A stretch of 64,000 bases of DNA from Octopus vulgaris (Eukaryota): the NCBI GenBank assembly GCA_951406725.2, contig OX597831.1, forward strand, positions 65,162,001-65,226,000, in the 5' to 3' direction. Of this stretch, positions 62,985 to 64,000 are shown piece after piece. Position 1 is the stretch's first letter; each line of letters opens with the position of its first letter. A program made the position numbers and the translations under genes. Below the pieces are notes generated by a model. The model was not told the origin of the DNA, did not search any database, and worked only from the letters and a program-made list of their open reading frames with translations.

Positions 62985-63077
62985 CCATTAGAATAGTGGT
63001 AGACAGTCTCCTGACTTGAGCCACTGCTGCCACAGCTGGTTTTGCCACCGCCTGGGTTTGGGGAATACCATGTAATG
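62985..63077 (-). CDS. ACO1: Putative ACO1 cassette exon encoding an IRP2-like insert (xITWYSPNPGGGKTSCGSSGSSQETVYHYSNG)
   Basis: Acceptor tatttcattgcag, donor GG|gtaaga, 93 nt, phase 2/2 matching the phase-2 start of the exon at 54187. PNPGGG falls at the same offset as in the IRP2 insert. Confidence 0.75.
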
Positions 63078-63389
63078 CTGCAATGAAATAACATGCAACA
63101 GGAATAGGATGGTGAAGCCCATCAAAGAAAAATAAATAAAGATAAAGGATGCATAAGTCTGAAATAAAACAATATTCTTTTGACAGAACTGTAAAAAAAA
63201 ATAACTGACAACCTAAGAAGAAAAAAAGCAGAAAAAGTCAACAGAAGAAAAAAATACTTGAAGTTTTACATGTATTGAAGTATATAGAAATTCTAATACA
63301 GTAATCCCTCACCCATCGCTGGTGTTACGTTCCAAAATAGGTGAAAATCCACGAAGTACTGTACTTTTTTTTAAAACTAATTTTTATAA

Positions 63390-63755
63390 TGAGCACCATC
63401 CGAGCGTGATCGTTGCCAGAGCACCCAACTGGCTTCCGTACCCATGGCACGTAAAAGAGCACCATTCGAGTGTGATCGTTACTAACGTCGCTTCACTGGC
63501 ACCTGTGCCGGTGGCACGTGTAAAAAGATTCGAGCGAGGACGTTGCCAGTGCCGCCTGACTGGCCCCCGTGCCGGTGGCACGTAAAAAGCACCACCCACT
63601 ACTCTCTCGGAGTAGTTGGCGTTAGGAAGGGCATCTAGCTGTAGAAACTCTACCAGATCAAGATTGGAGCCTGGTGCAGCCATCTGGCTCGCAAGCCCTC
63701 AGTCAAAATCGTCCAACCCATGCTAGCATGGAAAGCGGACGTTAAACGATGATGA
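63390..63755 (+). mobile_element. RTE LINE 3' tail copy with internal units
   Basis: Shared tail sequence and (GAT)n. Confidence 0.8.
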
Positions 63756-64000
63756 TAATGATATTTATTGTATTATAAATACAAAACACTACCACAGAGG
63801 AATCGATATAAGCCTAAATAAACCATGATGCAGTGAGGGATTACTGTATACAAGAATTGTGCAGCATCTGAAAGACATAATTGGTATCTATTACCCATTC
63901 CTCTATAGCTGAAACACTAAATATTTCATTCACAAATAATTTACAAGTTCAACAAGTCTCATGCTCTCTCAATGGCAGTTGAAAATTTATATATTTAATT

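Noticed and set aside
62740-63048. 102-aa ORF MAKPAVAAVAQ...
   Set aside because: Alternative frame overlapping the PNPGGG exon and running into intron; no family resemblance.

Overview
AT-rich, repeat-dense eukaryotic genomic DNA. The SINE/LINE/MITE repertoire looks like Octopus (inference). The window is dominated by one minus-strand gene, cytoplasmic aconitate hydratase / iron-regulatory protein 1 (ACO1/IRP1). I traced 18 GT-AG coding exons from 54187 down to the TGA at 15923 (2263 nt, in frame, about residue 135 to the C-terminus, Fe-S cysteines and catalytic Ser intact); the N-terminal exons lie beyond the right edge. The main novelty is a 93-nt frame-preserving exon at 62985-63077 encoding xITWYSPNPGGGKTSC..., which matches the position, phase and PNPGGG motif of the insert regarded as specific to vertebrate IRP2. 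Introns also hold two minimal hammerhead-ribozyme motifs on the sense strand, several long hairpins, a MITE family with 8-bp TSDs carrying (TTAGGG)n, tRNA-derived SINEs, RTE/CR1 LINE fragments, mariner/Tc1/piggyBac relics and Helitrons. A candidate TATA promoter and non-coding first exon of another minus-strand gene lies near 5.8-6.0 kb. All alignments are by eye and from memory; repeat boundaries are approximate.
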